From the NCBI RefSeq assembly GCF_004010195.1, contig NC_057717.1:106329127-106393126 (forward strand): a stretch of DNA of 64,000 nt. Reading direction: 5' to 3'. Both the position numbers and the translations under genes were made by a program. Below the pieces are notes generated by a model. That model searched no databases. It saw nothing but the letters and a program-made list of their open reading frames with translations, and was not told where the DNA came from. This DNA is from Chiloscyllium plagiosum (taxonomy: Eukaryota). Positions 25,801-39,352 of this stretch are shown in pieces (positions within the stretch are counted from its first letter, which is position 1; every line of letters starts with the position of its first letter).

Positions 25801-27944
25801 CTATGCCAATTGGCACGTGGCTCAGGCAGTAATCCGGAGATTATGACCTTTGAGGACCTGTACTTCAATTTCCTTCCTAGTGCTCGATAATCCCCAAACA
25901 GGTCCTCCATTCTAGCTTTGCCTATGTTGTTAGTCCCAAAGTGGACTACAACAACTGGATCCTCCCCCTCCCCCTCCAATATCCTTTCAAGCTGGTCGGA
26001 GATGTCCCGCACCCTGGCACCGGGCAGACAACACACCATGCGAGACTCCCGATCCGGCTTGCATAGGATACTATCTGTCCCCCTAATTATAGAATCCCCT
26101 ATAACAACTACTTGTCTTTTTGCTCCCCCCTCTTGAATGGCCTTCTGCACCATGGTGCCGTGGTCAGCTGGCTCATCCTGTCCAGAGCCCTTTTTGTCAT
26201 TCATATAGGGAGCAAGAATCTCATACCTGTGGAACAAGGTCAAGGGCTGAGGCTCCTGAACTCAGGTTCCCCCTACCTGCCTCACTTACTGTTACATTCT
26301 GATGTTCCTGATCACTAACTGAATGTGAATTACTTAATCTCCCAGGTGTGACTGCCTCCTGAAACAAAGCGTCCAAGTAACTCTCCCCCTCCCGGATGTG
26401 CCGCAGTGTTTGAAGCTCAGATTCCAGATCATCAACTCTGATCCGGAGCTCTTCCAGCAACCACCACTTGCTGCAGATGTGGTCACTGCCGTTCACAATG
26501 GGATCAGCCAGCTCCCACATCATACAGCAACAGCACATCACCTGCCCAGCCATCTCTGCTTAGTTAATTACTTTATTACTTTGTANNNNNNNNNNNNNNN
26601 NNNNNNNNNNNNNNNNNNNNNNNNNNNNNNNNNNNNNNNNNNNNNNNNNNNNNNNNNNNNNNNNNNNNNNNNNNNNNNNNNNNNNNNNNNNNNNNNNNNN
26701 NNNNNNNNNNNNNNNNNNNNNNNNNNNNNNNNNNNNNNNNNNNNNNNNNNNNNNNNNNNNNNNNNNNNNNNNNNNNNNNNNNNNNNNNNNNNNNNNNNNN
26801 NNNNNNNNNNNNNNNNNNNNGCTTGCAAAGGATACTATCTGTCCCCCTAATTATAGAATCCCCTATAACAACTACTTGTCTTTTTGCTCCCACCTCTTGA
26901 ATGGCCTTCTGCACCATGGTGCCGTGATCAGCTGGCTCATCCTGTCCAGAGCCCTTTTTGTCATTCATATAGGGAGCAAGAATCTCATACCTGTGGAACA
27001 AGGTCAAGGGCTGAGGCTCCTGAACTCAGGTTCCCCCTACCTGCCTCACTTACTGTTACACTCTGATGTTCCTGATCACTAACAATGTGAATTACTGAAT
27101 CTCCCAGGTGTGACTGACTCCTGAAACAAAGCGTCCAGGTAACTCTCCCCCTCCCGGATGTGCCGCAGTGTTTGAAGCTCAGATTCCAGATCATCAACTC
27201 TGATCCGGAACTCTTCCAGCAACCAACACTTGCTGCAGATGTGGTCACTGCCATTCACAATGGGATCAGCCAGCTCCCACATCATACAGCTACAGCACAT
27301 CACCTGCCCAGCCATCTCTGCTTAGTTAATTACTTTATTACTTTGAATAGGTTTGAGTTAAAATACTTTCTGATACCTCTTTCTATAGTCTTTTTCTAAA
27401 AAACCAATTAATAGATAAACCATAAAAAAGTAAATTTTTAACCATTCACCGATAAAGAAATAGAAAATCCTTACCTTAACAAACCAGAGTCCTATTTTTG
27501 AAGTGGGGGGGTTGGGAGACACAACACGTGTAGTGTCTCGGGTTTAGCCACTGCCCAGATATATTACCAGCAGTCCCCTGGTCGTCGCTCCCGCTCTTCC
27601 TACTTATTAACTAGGTTAGAGGAGGAGGGCGGGTGGGCGACACTACAGTAGTAGAGTCTCGAGTTTAGCCGCCTTGCTGATATATATGGTCACTGCTTAC
27701 CTTCCCGGCTACCCCTCTGGTCCCCGTCACTTCCTCCGCTGCTCCTGCTCCTTCTGTGAAAAACACCGCTGCCCGCTACCAGTAAGTAATTTTAATAAAA
27801 ACTGCCTTACCTTATCTGCAGTCTTCCGAGTTCGTCCTACCTCTGCTGCTGCTCGCACTTAAAATGGCCGTTGGCGTCGAAGGGTGAGTATTTATACTTA
27901 CTGCTTAGCTTCCCGGCTACCCCTCTGGTACCCGTCACTTCCAG
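22839..27944 (-). mobile_element. Full-length CR1 LINE nested in an older CR1; several gaps
   Basis: 5' UTR with internal repeats, ORF1 Zn-finger + VIGDS esterase, ORF2 endonuclease and RT motifs, 3' tail near 22839. Confidence 0.92.
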
Positions 27945-28725
27945 ACTACAAGATCAAGTTTAATTTGGATAAATGCAAGGTTTTGCAAAAGTAGGGCCAG
28001 TGGGTAGTATTGTAGAACAGAGAGATCTAAGGGTTAAGGTAAATAATTCTTTGAAGTTTGCGTCACATATAGATACAGTGGTTAAGAAGGCATTTAGCAC
28101 GCTTGCCTTCATTGCTCAGACCTTTGAGTATAGGAGTTGGGATGTTATATTGTGGTTGTGCAGAATGCTGGTATGGCCTATTCTGGAGTACTGTGCCCAG
28201 TTCTGGTAGCCCTTTTACAGGAAGGATATTATTAAGCTGGAGAGGATTCAGAAGAGATTTACCAGGATGTTGCTGAGTATGGATAGTATGAGTTATAAGC
28301 AGAGGCTGGATAGGCTGGGACTTTATTCACTGGGATGTTGGAGATTGAGAGGTGACCTCATAGAAGTTTATAAAATAATGAGGGGTATAGATAAGGTGAA
28401 TGGCAGGTGTCTTTTGGGTGGGTATTTCAAGACTAACTAGGGAGCATATTTTTAAGGTGAGAGGAGGAAGATTTTAAAAAGACATGAGAGGCAATTTTTG
28501 TTTACACAGAGTGGTTCATTTGTGGAATGAACTTTCAGAGGAAGTGGTGCATGCAGGTACAATTACAATATTTAAAAGACATTTAGATAAATACATGAAT
28601 AAGAGTTGTTTGGAGGAATATGGGCCAAGCGCAGGCAGGTGGGACAAGTTTATTTTGGGATTATGGTTGGCATGGGCTGGTTGGACTGAAGAGTCTGTTT
28701 CCATGCTGTGTGGCACTATGATTAT
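27945..28725 (+). mobile_element. Old CR1 3' part
   Basis: EQRDL...LEYCAQFW...WNELS plus 3' UTR. Confidence 0.8.
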
Positions 28726-28727
28726 GA

Positions 28728-30417
28728 CTGGATGACATTTGTTGTAGATAAAGATTGGGAAGCTTTTAAAGAGCAACAGAGGATTACTAAGAAGGAAATC
28801 CGCAGAGGAAAAATGAGGTACGAAGGTAAACTAGCCAAGAATATTAAGGCGAATAGTAAAAGCTTTTTTAGGTATGTGCAAGGCAAAAAAATGGTTAGGA
28901 CAAAAATTGGGCCCTTGAAGACAGAAACAGGGGAATATATTACTAGGAACAAAGAAATGGCAGAGGAATTAAATGGGTACTTCAGATCTGTGTTCACTTG
29001 GGAAGACACAAGCAATCTCCCTGAGGTAACAGTGGCTGAAGGACCTGAACTTAAGGGAATTTATATTTGCCAGAATTTGGTGTTGGAGAGACTGTTCGGT
29101 CTGAAGGTTGATAAGTCTCCGGGGACTGATGGTCTGCATCCCAGGGTACTGAAGAAGGTGGCTCGGGAAATCGTGGATGCGTTGATGATTATTTTCCAGA
29201 GTTCAATAGATTCGGCGTCGGTTCCTGATGATTGGAGGGTGGCTAATGTTATACCACTTTTTAAGAAAGATGGGCGAGAGANNNNNNNNNNNNNNNNNNN
29301 NNNNNNNNNNNNNNNNNNNNNNNNNNNNNNNNNNNNNNNNNNNNNNNNNNNNNNNNNNNNNNNNNNNNNNNNNNNNNNNNNNNNNNNNNNNNNNNNNNNN
29401 NNNNNNNNNNNNNNNNNNNNNNNNNNNNNNNNNNNNNNNNNNNNNNNNNNNNNNNNNNNNNNNNNNNNNNNNNNNNNNNNNNNNNNNNNNNNNNNNNNNN
29501 NNNNNNNNNNNNNNNNNNNNNNNNNNNNNNNNNNNNNNNNNNNNNNNNNNNNNNNNNNNNNNNNNNNNNNNNNNNNNNNNNNNNNNNNNNNNNNNNNNNN
29601 NNNNNNNNNNNNNNNNNNNNNNNNNNNNNNNNNNNNNNNNNNNNNNNNNNNNNNNTACTACCTCACTGGAATCAATTTATGTAAAGGGGCAGTACAGAGA
29701 GATCTGGGGGTTCTTGTACACCACTCAATGAAGGTAAGCATGCAGGTACAGCAGATAGTGAAGGCGGCTAATAGCATGCTGGCCTTCATAACAAGAGGGA
29801 TTTAGTATAGAAGCAAAGAGGTTCTTCTGCAGCTGTACAGGGTCCTGGTGAGACCACACCTGGAGTATTGTGTGCTGTTCTGGTCTCCAAATTTGAGGAA
29901 AGACATTCTGGCTATTGAGGGAGTGCTGCGTAGGTTCACGAGGTCAATTCCTGGAATGGCGGGATTACCTTACACTGAAAGACTGGAGTGACTGGGCTTG
30001 TATACCCTTGAGTTTCGAAGACTGAGAGGGGATCTGATTGAGACGTATAAGATTATTAAAGGATTGGACACTCTGGAGGCAGGAAACATGTTTCCGCTGA
30101 TGGGTGAGTACCGAACCTGAGGACACAGCTTAAAAATACGGGGTAGACCATTTAGGACAGAGCTCAGGAGGAACTTCTTCACCCAGAGAGTGGTGGCTGT
30201 GTGGAATGCTCTGCCCCAGAGGGCAGTGGAGGCCCACTCTCTGGATTCATTTAAGAAGGAGTTGGATAGAGCTCTCAAAGATAGTGGAATCAAGGGTTAT
30301 GGAGATAAGGCAGGAACAGAATACTGATTAGGAATGATCAGCCATGATTATATTGAATGGCGGTGCAGGCTCGAAGGGCTGAATGGCCTACTCCTGCACC
30401 TATTGTCTATTGTCTAA
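28728..30417 (+). mobile_element. 5'-truncated CR1 with (CTATTGT)n tail, gapped
   Basis: ORF2 motifs; possible TSD gattatga at 28720-28727 and 30418-30425. Confidence 0.88.
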
Positions 30418-31298
30418 GATTATGATTACCACCGTGGTGATTATGTCAAGCAGTAACAATCCTTTGTATCTTTAATCCGTGAGGACATTAGTGAAAAAAC
30501 AAAACATTAGTTTGTTGCAGAGCAACATGTTTATAATGAAACTCCTGGTAATTTCCAAAATCCATTGCTTATTCACATTATTATCATATTTATCAGACAG
30601 TCTGCATTGGTTCAAGGAGGAACCTCAATACCACCTTGCTATGGATAATTCTCAAAGGGTGGGCAGCAAGTGCAGGCCCAGCCACCAATGGTATCATCCC
30701 ATGAAAGAATAAATAAATAACATTCATGGACTCTCCAAACTGCAATACTCTCAACTAATAATTGTATTGAAGGATATATTCTTCATCTTTCTTCGTTGTC
30801 CAAAAATTGGACCTTTATTAATTACTTACTCATATACTCTGTCCCTCATACAGCATTAGATCATTGATTCCTTTCTCCTGTTGTTCTCCACTGCCTCCAA
30901 TTTGTCACATTAATTGTCTGATATTCAGTATGGGATGAGCAGGAATGTCCAGCAACTAGTTATGGGAGAAAGTCAAAGCCATTGTTGTAAGCCCCTGCCC
31001 CAATTTTCATTCCCTACCACCAACTCCATTCCCCTTGCAGTCCACACTTCGAGGTGAACAAACCTGTTTTTGAAGTTGACCTCCTCTATGAGCCTGTGTT
31101 GAATTTCTGACCCCAATTATGTTTCCAACACTCAAACCAGCCACTTGCACCACTGTAACATTGCCTCAACCCATCTGCTGCTGCAACCCACATCCTTGTA
31201 TTTGTAACCTTGAAACTCACCTTTCCCCTGAAAATCCACCCATTCCAACCAGGTTCATTGCCAGTTTCATAAACTACACCCTCTGTGAAGTTAATTTC

Positions 31299-31460
31299 AT
31301 CCAAACTCTGTTCCTTGTATCCTAACACACATCAATTCAACCAAACTCTGTTCCCCATACTCTATCACACACCAATTCATCCAAACCCTGTTCCCCGTAC
31401 CCTAACACACACCAATTAATCCAAACTCTGTTCCCCGTACCCTAACACACACCAATTCTA
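31299..31460 (+). repeat. Minisatellite, ~40-bp unit x4
   Basis: ccaaactctgttccccgtaccctaacacacaccaattcat repeated four times. Confidence 0.85.
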
Positions 31461-32249
31461 TTTACCCAACATGCCTGTCCTTGCTGACTTCCAGCTTCCA
31501 CTGAAGCATTTTCAAATTATCAGCTGCGATTTCAGTTCCCTCCTTGACTTCATCTGTTCCACTTTTTACACTTTTTGTATCTATCCCCAACCCTGCAAAT
31601 TTATCAGAATTCTCTGCTGCTCCAACTCTGGTCCTTGCATATCCCTGATTTTAACCATATATGCCATGTCTTGAAACGGGGCTAAACCGAAGCATTTGAG
31701 TGTGTAACAGTAAAATGGAGGAAGGGGCCTTCCACATATAACTACCATCCAGTGAATCAATATCTGGGGTATAGCCACCACTAGCCTTATCAGGACTGGG
31801 TAAATCATTCAAAATGATACGCTGCTATTGAGCAGATGCAGCATCATGATTCAGACCTCAGTTTTTATTTGTGTGCTTACAATCTGAAAGGGGACTGAAA
31901 TCGACAGCCTTAAAGAAGCAAGCATGCTAGAAAGTGACACAAAGTTTGATCAACATTTATAGGTTTTAAGAAAGTCTCAAAGAGACTGGGAGGACTTCCA
32001 GAGGTCAGGGCCTAGGGCTGTTGAAGGCAAAGTTGCTAATGGTCTTGGGGAAATGAAAATCAAAACACACAACATACCTGAATTGGAGTAGTATATAATT
32101 CTTGGAAGTTTACAGGGCGGAGGGAGTTTATGGAGATACAGAGAGGAAAGGCATGGAGGCATTTAAACATGATGTGAATTTTAAAATTGAGATTTCACAT
32201 CTCGTCTTGATTTCATACATTTGGAAAACTATAGATTACAAATACAATA

Positions 32250-32255
32250 TTTATT
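32250..32255 (-). promoter_or_regulatory. Candidate polyadenylation signal of gene B
   Basis: AATAAA on the minus strand ~390 nt past the stop codon, in unique AT-rich sequence. Confidence 0.4.
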
Positions 32256-32642
32256 CTATTAAAGCAAACAGTCACAATAGGTAAATTATTTTACAGAATA
32301 AACAAATCTTATATCTAGTCTTCGTGTCAATTAGTGGGAAAGAAAGTTGTTTTCATAAAACTTTGATGATATCGATGCTGAATCTAGTTACCAGAGCTCA
32401 GGTGACAATCCAGAGTTTGAAAAAATGCAAGAAAATGATCAATACAACATTTCAAAAGCAATCTAAAATGTTGAGAAATGTGAGGAAAATGTTGTCATTA
32501 CAATTATTACAGTAATTACTGCAAACAATTTTAATATTGCAATGAGCTGCACTTGTTGGATACAATATCGATTACAGGATCATCGGAATTTCTCTTCAAA
32601 ACATATATCATACTAGTTTGTAATTATTGTTGTGCTACCAAG

Positions 32643-32839
32643 CTATGGATGAAGTTTCTCCAAAGGAACATCTTCCTGATGATCCTTTCCGTTGGGGACT
32701 TGTGTATTGTTGTTGGGCTTTGCTTTGTCTAATTTATACTGTCCTCTTTTATGGGCACTGCATTTCCAGTACAAGGCCATCACTGCAAATACCATCAATA
32801 CTGCTATTCCTGTAGTTATTAGTATTATCCATCTTAAAC
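32643..32839 (-). CDS. Gene B terminal exon: transmembrane helix and cytoplasmic tail (GLRWIILITTGIAVLMVFAVMALYWKCSAHKRGQYKLDKAKP...EKLHP*)
   Basis: Acceptor ttttcatag|GT in phase 1, ~22-residue hydrophobic run, basic juxtamembrane segment with GxYxL as in ICAM/VCAM tails, stop at 32643-32645. Confidence 0.85.
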
Positions 32840-33485
32840 CTATGAAAACATAGAAAGAAAAGATCATCAACAGTCCAGGGAAGTATATTTATTGCAAAAT
32901 GCCTGAATATTTCTAAAATCTAGTGTCCCCATGTGCTTAATCAGCTTTTTCATGGCTGTTTTCCTGCTTGTATTTTTCACCTTCTTTCATTCTTCCCACA
33001 TCACACACCATTCCTTGGCAGTCTGCTCTCAACTCACTATCTATTCTTGTTTATGTTCTGCGGGAATTACACACTGGTAAGTAAATTTAATATAATGCTC
33101 CAAACATACCGCTGACAAGCTTTCTTTTCAGCTGGTTCCAGAATTTCCAGAGTTTATAATTCTTCTCTATCTCTTACATTACTGAAAATTACATATCCTG
33201 TCTTTCTTTCAATTTTCAACCCTAAACATCCATTAGCATTTTCCCCAAGGCACTGATTAAGCTGCTGTGTTTGCATACTTCTTGCTTGTGTTTGTTTCCT
33301 GTTACCCCACCTCATGAGGAGAAATGAAGCTTAGAGATGTGTGTTTCACTCACTGATCTGCTCCAAATCTCTGCTTCATGGAGTGTGTAATGATTAAAAT
33401 CATGGCCAAGTGAATGTCATTGACAATGAGACTCTTCATTGTCATTGTTAACCTTGGCCAATCAGGGAGCTCTGGCTAACAAATG

Positions 33486-34568
33486 TTAACATAGGATTAT
33501 TTAATCCCTCCCCTCCCTTTCACTGTTTGATCACACAGCATTGCCCTTTGATGTGAAGGGCACTGCTTGTCATTGGCAACTTGGGTGTTTCCTTTCTTCC
33601 TGGTGGTGGAAACTGAATAAAGATTCGTGCACCTTGTGTCTTTCACTGTGTCTCACATTTGCACACACACACAACATGGGTGCTGGGGAAAAATAAGCAC
33701 TACTGCAGTTAGGCGGTAGTGTGGGGGTTAAAAAAAAAGAGCAGGAATATAAATAAAAGAAAAAAATTAACATAGGATTATCAATCCCTGCCCTCCCCTT
33801 CCCTGTTTGAACACACAGCATTGCCCTTTGATGTGAAGGGCACTGCTTGTCACTGGCCACTCGGGTGTTTTCTTTGTTCCTAGTGGTGGAAATTTGAATA
33901 AAGATTTGTGCACCTTGTGTCTTTCACTGTGTCTCACACCTGCACACACACACAACCTGGGTGCTGGGGAAAAAATAAGCACAACCGCAGTTAGGTGGTA
34001 GTGTAGGGGTATAAAAAAAGAATGAAAAGATAAAAAAGTTTAAAAAAATAAACAAGGGTGCCAGACATCCTGTTCACTCTGAGAAGAAACAAAATAACCA
34101 GGAGACAGTGTCAGAGATTCTGTTCACTCTGAGAGCTGGCTCTGAGGGAGCTGGATCAAAAAAAATTAACATAGGATTATTTAATCCCTGCCCTCCCCTT
34201 CACTGCTTGATCACACATCATTGCCCTCTGAGAAGGGCACTGCTTGTCACTGGCCACTCGGGTGTTTCCTTTCTTCCTGGTGGTGGAATATAAACAAAGA
34301 TTTACACACTTGTTTTTCACGGTGTCCGACACCTGCATACACACAACATAGATGCTGAGGAAAAATAAGTACTACAGCTGTCAGATGGTACTATGGGGGG
34401 AGGGGGAAAAAAGGTGAAAAAAGAGAGAAGAACATGAATGTCAGACATGCTGTTCACTCTGAGATTTAGAAAAAAAATTAACTTAGGATTCACACAAACA
34501 TGGGTGCTAAGAAATATAAGCACTATTGCAGAATTGCAATAGTGTAAGGGGAGAAAAGAAAAAAAAAT
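33486..34568 (+). repeat. Cluster of four copies of an unclassified ~270-bp hairpin-rich, A-tailed repeat inside the Gypsy 5' LTR
   Basis: Copies start ttaaca/cttaggatt at ~33486, 33767, 34166 and 34478 (last internally deleted); each ends in a hairpin, a G-run and an A-rich tail. Confidence 0.8.
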
Positions 34569-35410
34569 TATAAACAGGAGATTTCGAATCTCAATTCAGG
34601 TGACTGATTCTGAGCTAGCTGGTCACAGTGAGTGTACTAAAAAGGAAAAGAAAAAAGAACAGTATAAACATCGCATTCAGAATCTCCTCAGTTCAGGGAC
34701 TGACTCTGAGCTGGCTGATCACAGCCAGTGTAGTGTGCACACATAAATAATGGGTGACTTGGTGACAGGATTCCAGCCTCTGTGCAATTATATCAGTGGA
34801 GACAAGAGAAAACAATACATGCCTGAATATAATTTGTTTAAAACAGTCGTCTTTCAGTTGGGGTAAGCATTTTATTTTGAAAGCTTGATTCATTCAATTT
34901 TGTCATCAAAGATTAGGCCCAGTATTTGGCTGTTTGAGAACCAGGGGCATCCATATCGAGATTTTTGATGAGGTTAAGACAACTGGCAGAGACATTGGTT
35001 AACCCTGAATGATATGCTGAGAGACCATTTGGTATGTGGCATTCATGAGGTAACCCTGCAAAGTACCTACTAACTGAAGTCCAACTGGACTTCAAACAGG
35101 CACTACAACTGGCTTTGTCATTAGAAAATGCAGCATGGGAGTTAGAGGGCATCCCAACGAAAGTGAACACTTGTCCAACAGAGGTTGGGGAAGAGCACTT
35201 GAGTGTAGGCAATCACAGTGACTCAAGCAGGGCATGAGAGCAGAAGGACCCTTGGTCAGTCCACAGCAAAGCTGAGCCTTGGCCAGATGGCTGAAAAGTT
35301 ATTCAAGATCTGGACTGGCAAGCCATTGTAGTTGTTGCTGGTATGTGGGCTTGAGACAGCAAAGGAGCCCTATGAGACCTGAGTAAGAAAACTCAGACCA
35401 GTATCCAGGA

Positions 35411-35872
35411 GAGTTGAGACTGTGTTGCTGGGAAAGCACAGCAGGTCAGGCAGCAGCCAAGGAGCAGGAGAATCGACGTTTCGGGCATAAGCCCTTTGTC
35501 AGGAATGAGGCTTGTGGGCCAGGACTGAGAGATTAATGGGAGGGGGGTGGGGGAGGGTAAGGTAGCTGAGAAAGCGATAGTCGGATGAAGGTGAGGGAGA
35601 AGGTGATAACTCAGAGATGGGAGTGATAGACAGGCCCGGAGGGTGGTGCTGAGTTGGAAGCTTGGGACTGGGATAATGTGGGAGGAGGGGAAATGAGGAA
35701 GCTGTTGAAATCCACATTTATCCAATGTGGTTGCAGGGTCCCAAGGCAGAATATGAGGCGTTCCTCCTCCAGGCATTGGGTGGTAACGGTTTGGTAGTGG
35801 AGGATGTGCAGGACCTGTATGTCCTTGACGGAGTTTGAGGGGAAATTGAAGTGTTCAGGCATGGGTTGGTGG
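35411..35872 (-). mobile_element. Penelope 3' fragment nested in Gypsy, with mutated hammerhead
   Basis: CLEEERLIFCLGTLQP; cattcCTGACAAagggcttatgcccGAAACGTC on the minus strand. Confidence 0.85.
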
Positions 35873-38800
35873 GTGCACACTCTGGAAAGTCCACCTTTTT
35901 GTGGTTTGGAACAGTTAAATTGTACCACAACATCCAAATCAGAATCAATTAAAATAAATGTCTGGTTAAATGGTCACCCGGTTCTCATTGAGGTTGATGT
36001 GTCAGTGGTTACAGAACCAATCTTTAACAAGATTTCCTCTGGGCCTAGGTTTGCGCAAGACCTCGGCCAGATTGAGAACAGTCACCAGGGAACTGTTACA
36101 CACTAAGGGTACGACATTGGTTCTGGTCCCCTATAAGAAGTAATCACTGATTGTTGGAAGAAGCTCAATCCTGTTGGAGCAGAATTGGTTGAGAAAGATC
36201 GACCTAGATTGGCTCAACATTTTGCAATTAGAAAATAGCTGCCTGAATGAAGTTCTAATGAAATAGCCAGGAGTTTTTCAGAAAGAGGTTGGGACTATCA
36301 AAGGAGTCAAGGCCATTTTATATGTTGACCAGGAAGCAATTCCACAGTTTTGCAAGGCCTGCCCAGTGCTATTTGCCTTACGGGCAAAAGAAGAGGTAGA
36401 AATCAGGAGGCTGGAGAGCGAGGGAATCATCAAATCAATGCAGTTTGTGGAATAGGCAACAGTGGTTGTATAGATTGTGAAGTTTGACGGCTCCGTTCGC
36501 CTTTGTGAGGATTTGAAGAAAAGCGTAAAACACTTCTCACAGCTGGATATATACCCAATATTTTGCATAGAGGTTTTGTACATAAAATAGGTAGGGAGGG
36601 GCCATGCCACCTTCAGTTATGACTAAATGAGGAGTCCCAGAAGTATGCCACAATTAATTCACATGGGAGTTTGTACCAATAAACAAGACTACCATTTTAG
36701 ATAATATCAGCCTTAACCATTTTCAGTGGACCATGGAGAACATATTACAAGGACTACCCTGGGTTTCCTTTTATCTGGATGACTTGCCAATAACCAGGAT
36801 GACCAATAAAGAGCACTTGGAGAATTTGGACGTAGTGCCTAAACATTTCTCCCGGGCAGGTTTATGCATTAGAAGGAAAAAATGAGAGTTCCATGTGCTC
36901 CAAGTGACCTATTTGGGCTACAGAGTCAACAAATCTGGGTTACACTCATTGGAAGATAAAGTGAGAGTGATCAGATGTGCCCTGGTTCCCACGCCTCTAC
37001 CAGAGCTTAGGTACTTCCTTGGGTTAGTGAATTATTATGGAAAATTCAAATGTAACCTGGCTTCCATCGTTGCACCTTTACAACTGTTGAAAAAGGGTCA
37101 GCCTTGGAAATGGTCACACAGCCAAAAAGTAGCCTTTGGGGAAGTGAAAAAGCAGCTATTGTCATCTAAGGTGTTAACCCACTACAATTCAAAGCGAGAG
37201 GTAGTGCTGACATGCGATGCCTCCCCATATGGTACCTGGGTAGTGTTGGCTCACGAGTGGCCCAACGGAGAGGAATATCTGATAGTGTTTGCTCGCCAGA
37301 CTTTGGCTGATGCTGAACACAAATACATCCATATAGAGAAGGAAGGTATGGCAGTCATTTTTGGTGTGAGGAAGTTCCACCTTTACGACATATATTTGTC
37401 ATCGTGAAGGGCCACAAACCCTGATAGAGCTACTTAAAGAAGGCAAGGCCATGTCACCCATAGCTTCTGGTCAAATTCAACAGTGGGTCCTTTTTCTCAG
37501 TGGGTACCATTACTACTTGGAATACCGTCCAAGAGGCCAAGTGACAAATGTGCATGCTTTCAGGCACCTCCCACTGGCAGATACTCCTCTGGTGGTGCTT
37601 CCCCTGGAAGAGTCCATTCTGGTTTTAAACTTTCTGGGCACCCTTCTCGTCACCATTGACAATATCCGATTCTGGACACAGAAAGATCCCATCCTTGCAA
37701 AACTAAAACAGCTCTTGGTAATGGGAAACAAAAGGGCCATCTCAACCAGGATTGAAATCTTTCTGGACTTGGTGAGACCAGATCAGCGTAGAGAATGACA
37801 TATTACTATGGGAGCTAGAGTGATTGTCCCAAGTAAAGATCACGGCCAGATACTGGCTGAACCCCACCTGGGTCATCCAGGGATTTCCAAAATGAAGATG
37901 TTGGCAAGGAGTTATGTCAGGTGGCCAACATAGCTGTGTTGGTGGGGCAGTACCCAGAGTCCCACAAGGCCAATTCAAAGTGGTTAGGCATGCAGAGAAT
38001 TCATTTGGTAAATTCAGGGATGATGAGTGAAAAGCTGTGAGCTTTGTTTGTGATACATGGACTCCTAGTTAAGGACAATGTGACATCATTTACCAGCAGG
38101 AATTTGAGTATTTCCTAAAGCCAAATGGCATTTGGCCTGTTCATACAGCTGCATACCATCCATCGTCCAGTGTTCTGGAGGAAAGAGCAGTCCAAATGTT
38201 GAAGGCAGGTTTAAAGAAACAGCCGATAGCTTCACTTGATACCAACTTGTCCTGGTTACTGTTCGATTATGGGACCATCCCTCAGGCAACACCAGGGTTG
38301 GGTCCAGCAGAGTTGCTGATACGGAGAAGATTCCACACAAGGTTAAAGCTGATATTCCCAGACCTGGAGGTCAGGCTGAAACAGCAGTAAGAATGTCAAT
38401 GCCTGCCACATGCCTCCTCTAAGCAAATTTATTTCAGGTGAAGACATTTGGTGCTGGAACCACGGAAATGGCCTGACATGGGTATGGGACAAGGTCAATG
38501 CAATGTCAGGTCCTATGACAAACAATGTTTGGGTAGGTGAGGGGGTCCTGAACAAATGTGGGTCACCTGAAAGCTGCCAGTATGCAAACGGTGCAGGTGC
38601 AAAATATACCTGGCCCCTCAGAACAGCCAGAAAAGAGTGAGAAATTGTGAGTTGCTCCCCCTTGTCTAATATCGAGGAAACCTCAAAGTCTGAGGTGGAT
38701 TCAGTCTCAATACTGTTACTGCTGGAAGAAACTCTCCCAGATGCTGCAGACATAGGAGGCAGACTATGGTGTGGCACACACACCCATTTCCATTCAGAAG

Positions 38801-39352
38801 AACCAGACCTAGGGCAAAAACATCCCAGGAGAAGCTGCAAGAAAAAGGACAGGTACATCCTTCCTGGAATTGTTTGATTGGAACCATGGCTAGATGGATC
38901 TCATTGACAATGAGATTCTTGATTTGCATAGTTTAACAAGCCTCGTCAGGGAACCCTGGCTGACAGACATAAACAGGGAATTCAGAAGGGCTCCTCAATC
39001 TAAGGACTGACTTTGAGCCGACTAGTCACAGCCCAGGGGACATGTAAATAAGGGGAAAGTTGGTGACAGGGCCTCACTGCAATTATTTTAGAGTGGTAGT
39101 GTGTAGATTCACAGCCACAACTGCCCTCCACCCCAGAGTTATTACTCGGGCAGGTGGGACAAACATACAACAGGAGAATGGTGCTTCTATGCACAAAGAG
39201 AAACACGTGCAAGAGATTCTCATACTGAACCACCTGTACCCAATGTACCAGAGGCCAGTTACAGAGCAGCATTGTTAGAGGCAGGCAACAGTTTATCCAT
39301 TTGTCCCATTGTCAGGAAGGGTGGAGTTAAACAGGAACCCAAACTAATAATA

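Larger units (their letters stand above)
33386..39090 (+). mobile_element. Decayed Gypsy LTR retrotransposon in the last intron of gene B
   Basis: Related LTRs (~33386-34795 interrupted; ~38870-39090), PBS-like tggagacaag after the 5' LTR, RT/RNase H motifs (YLGY..., FLGLVNYYGKF, LTCDASPYG), integrase remnants. Confidence 0.88.

Noticed and set aside
26056-27345. Duplicated CR1 ORF1 segment
   Set aside because: Near-identical copies flank an N-gap; most likely an unmerged contig/haplotype overlap.
7223-29805. Long ORFs filled with X (7.2-8.4, 19.0-19.9, 26.4-27.0, 28.7-29.8 kb)
   Set aside because: Artefacts of translating through assembly gaps inside CR1 elements.
31299-31460. CRISPR-like array
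   Set aside because: No unique spacers and a vertebrate context; an ordinary minisatellite.
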